Source: Anaeromyxobacter dehalogenans (GTDB lineage Bacteria; Myxococcota_A; UBA9042; DTJE01). Taken from it: DNA of 26,266 nt. Shown piece by piece: positions 24,477 to 26,266 of this stretch. Under the pieces are notes generated by a model. The model did no database searches and had not been told where the DNA came from. It saw only the letters and a program-made list of their open reading frames with translations. A program made the translations under genes and the position numbers. The first letter of the stretch is position 1; each line of letters starts with the position of its first letter. Location: contig DYKK01000002.1 of NCBI GenBank assembly GCA_020722625.1, forward strand, positions 1 through 26,266, given 5' to 3'.

Positions 24477-26063
24477 TCACCGCGGGAGTCCCACGAGCGC
24501 GCGCAGCGCGGAAAGGTAGGCGGGCTGGACCTTCTTCCCCGGGGACAGGCCCTGGTGGTACGACAGCTCCATGTCCTTCCACTGCTCCTCGGTCAGGAGG
24601 TAGCCGAGCCAGTCCTGGGTGATGCCCAGGATGATGGGGTTGCCGTACCCGGCCTCGACCAGGACCTCCGCGGCCGCCGCCCCGAAGGCCGGGAAGGACT
24701 CGCCCGGCATGGTCAGGAAGGTCAGGTCCCCGACGCGGGCCAGGCTGAACTCCGTGACCATGTCGGGCGGGTCGTCCGACAGGAGGGCCTCCGGGTCGCC
24801 CCAGGCGAAGGGGACCGCGGCCACCTTGGCCGCCAGCAGCAGCGTGGCGTTTGATGGATAGAATCCAAATATCTTGTGATGAAACTCAATCCCGGTCTCG
24901 GCCACCGGCTTTGCGTCCTTCATGGCTGCAATCGCGTTGTCCGCGACCTGGTAGCCCGTGCACGTGACCTTCATGAAGTCCGTGGGGGACAGGTCCGGGT
25001 CCTTCCAGCCGTCCGGATACGCCTCTTCCGAGAGCCCGCACTCCGTGGGGCGGTCCGGATACGTCCCGCCCAGGTTCCCGTTCATGAAGACCGCGACCCC
25101 GCCGAACTCTTGCTCCATCCGCAACCGGAACGGCCCGACCCAGTCGGACGACAGCCCGTTGTTCCTGGACCCGTAGGCGGTGGGGTGGCTGGACCAGCGG
25201 GTCCAGGTGAAGACCGGGGTGCCGTCGCCGGGCCGGACGCCGCGCACCACGAACAGGTCGCGGTCCTCGACCACGGGCGGGGTCCCGTCCGTGCCGTTCG
25301 GCGAGGACCCCTTGGCCCACGTCAGGACCACGTCGTCCAGGGCCCCGAAGGCCTCGGCCACGGCGTCCACGGTCCGCTCGCGCAGGAGCGCGATGTACGC
25401 CTCGTCGCGGGGCACCCCGAACATCGGCCCCCACAGCCCCGCGGTGTCCGGGGCGGCGTGGGAGTGGCTCGCGCCGACCATCAGGCGCGGGCCGTCGAAG
25501 AACACGCCGAAGTCCTGGTACAACCGCATCTGGACCGCCTCGTGCATCAGGCGCTGGTCGCACAGGAACAGCCCCACCGAGTCCACCCCCGCGAAGGCCA
25601 CGACCTCGCCGGTCTCCGTGTCCGCAAGGACGACCACGTGCACCTGAAGCGGGTCGTGCACCCCTTCGGACTTGCGGCAGAGTTTCGCGTCCCCCCCGCA
25701 GAAGCCGAAGCCCCCCATGAAGACGTCGTACGCCGGCGTGATGTCGCGCCAGGCCGCGGCGGCGGCGTAGCGCGTGGTGAACGCCTTGCCCGCGGGGAGC
25801 CTGGGCAGGGACGGCCAGTCCACGTCGGGGGGCGTGTCCGCGGCCACGTCCTCGCCCGGGGGGGCCTCGTCGGGCAACGCGCTCGCGTCGTCGGGCGATG
25901 GGGCATCCCCGACCGCCTCGACGGCGTCCGGGACCTCCGACGCGGTGTCGGCCGTCGCGTCAGACCCGGGGCCGGGGTCCTTGGCGCCCCCGTTTCCGCC
26001 ACCGCACGCGAGCCACCCGCCCGTGACCACGACCGCCCACGCGACCACCCACTGTCTCGTCAT
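24477..26063 (-). CDS. Neutral/alkaline ceramidase family lipoprotein
   Basis: Start MTRQWVVAWAVVVTGGWLAC at 26063 with RBS GGAGG and lipobox WLAC; acidic Pro/Ala/Asp linker; family motifs ASHSHAAPD, SHPT, FMNGNLGG, PGE and DWLGYLL...Y. Confidence 0.78.
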   Translation of the reverse strand: MTRQWVVAWAVVVTGGWLACGGGNGGAKDPGPGSDATADTASEVPDAVEAVGDAPSPDDASALPDEAPPGEDVAADTPPDVDWPSLPRLPAGKAFTTRYAAAAAWRDITPAYDVFMGGFGFCGGDAKLCRKSEGVHDPLQVHVVVLADTETGEVVAFAGVDSVGLFLCDQRLMHEAVQMRLYQDFGVFFDGPRLMVGASHSHAAPDTAGLWGPMFGVPRDEAYIALLRERTVDAVAEAFGALDDVVLTWAKGSSPNGTDGTPPVVEDRDLFVVRGVRPGDGTPVFTWTRWSSHPTAYGSRNNGLSSDWVGPFRLRMEQEFGGVAVFMNGNLGGTYPDRPTECGLSEEAYPDGWKDPDLSPTDFMKVTCTGYQVADNAIAAMKDAKPVAETGIEFHHKIFGFYPSNATLLLAAKVAAVPFAWGDPEALLSDDPPDMVTEFSLARVGDLTFLTMPGESFPAFGAAAAEVLVEAGYGNPIILGITQDWLGYLLTEEQWKDMELSYHQGLSPGKKVQPAYLSALRALVGLPR

Positions 26064-26166
26064 GCCTCGCCTCCACCCGGGTCCGGACCGGGTCGCCACC
26101 GCCCCGGTCGCGACAACGGTACGCGATTTCAGGTTCCCGTGTCCACGGGGTTCACCGGGCCACGGC

Positions 26167-26252
26167 CCGCCGTCCCGACCTCGGAAGAACGGCGGAACAC
26201 CTTGATTTGTTACGGTCTCGTGCCGGCCGCGAATTGGAATTCGCGGCCCCAG
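26167..26252. repeat. 86-bp dispersed intergenic element, copy B; perfect hairpin at 26225-26248
   Basis: 76/86 identical to 12129-12214. Hairpin GGCCGCGAATT-GG-AATTCGCGGCC. Confidence 0.92.
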
Positions 26253-26266
26253 CATCGTTGGGGTTG

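Noticed and set aside
1-26266. Mobile elements, tRNA/rRNA, defence systems, DGR
   Set aside because: No transposase, integrase, reverse transcriptase, nuclease or RNA-gene signature was recognised, and the A/T codon patches have no template repeat in the window.

Overview
Very GC-rich bacterial DNA. The gene content (PEGA-domain Ser/Thr kinase, DUF2505, many lipoproteins) suggests a Myxococcota/Deltaproteobacteria-like diderm; this is inference, not a database result. Four blocks are present. (1) 1-8857 (+): a Pel exopolysaccharide operon, pelA-pelD-pelE-pelF-pelG. It is led by a 5'-truncated gene whose C-terminus resembles the cellulose-synthase co-polymerase BcsB. The pelA looks like a hybrid with a DUF2194-type deacetylase and no visible GH166 domain, and no pelB/pelC lies between pelA and pelD. 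(2) 8922-12770 (-): TPR/PEGA protein, membrane Ser/Thr kinase and a DUF2505 START-fold protein. (3) 13145-24475 (+): six co-directional envelope genes: AsmA/YdbH-like bridge protein, YnbE/YdbL(DUF1318)-like lipoprotein, TolB-like propeller/TPR protein, c-type cytochrome lipoprotein, YihY/BrkB protein and a GT-C-like membrane protein. (4) 24477-26063 (-): a ceramidase-family lipoprotein. Non-coding highlights: an 86-bp element present twice 14 kb apart (12129-12214 and 26167-26252, 76/86 identical) whose perfect hairpin carries a compensatory base-pair change, and adjacent 7-mer and 6-mer tandem arrays at 12844-12998. All family assignments come from motif recognition by eye and need HMM or structure confirmation.
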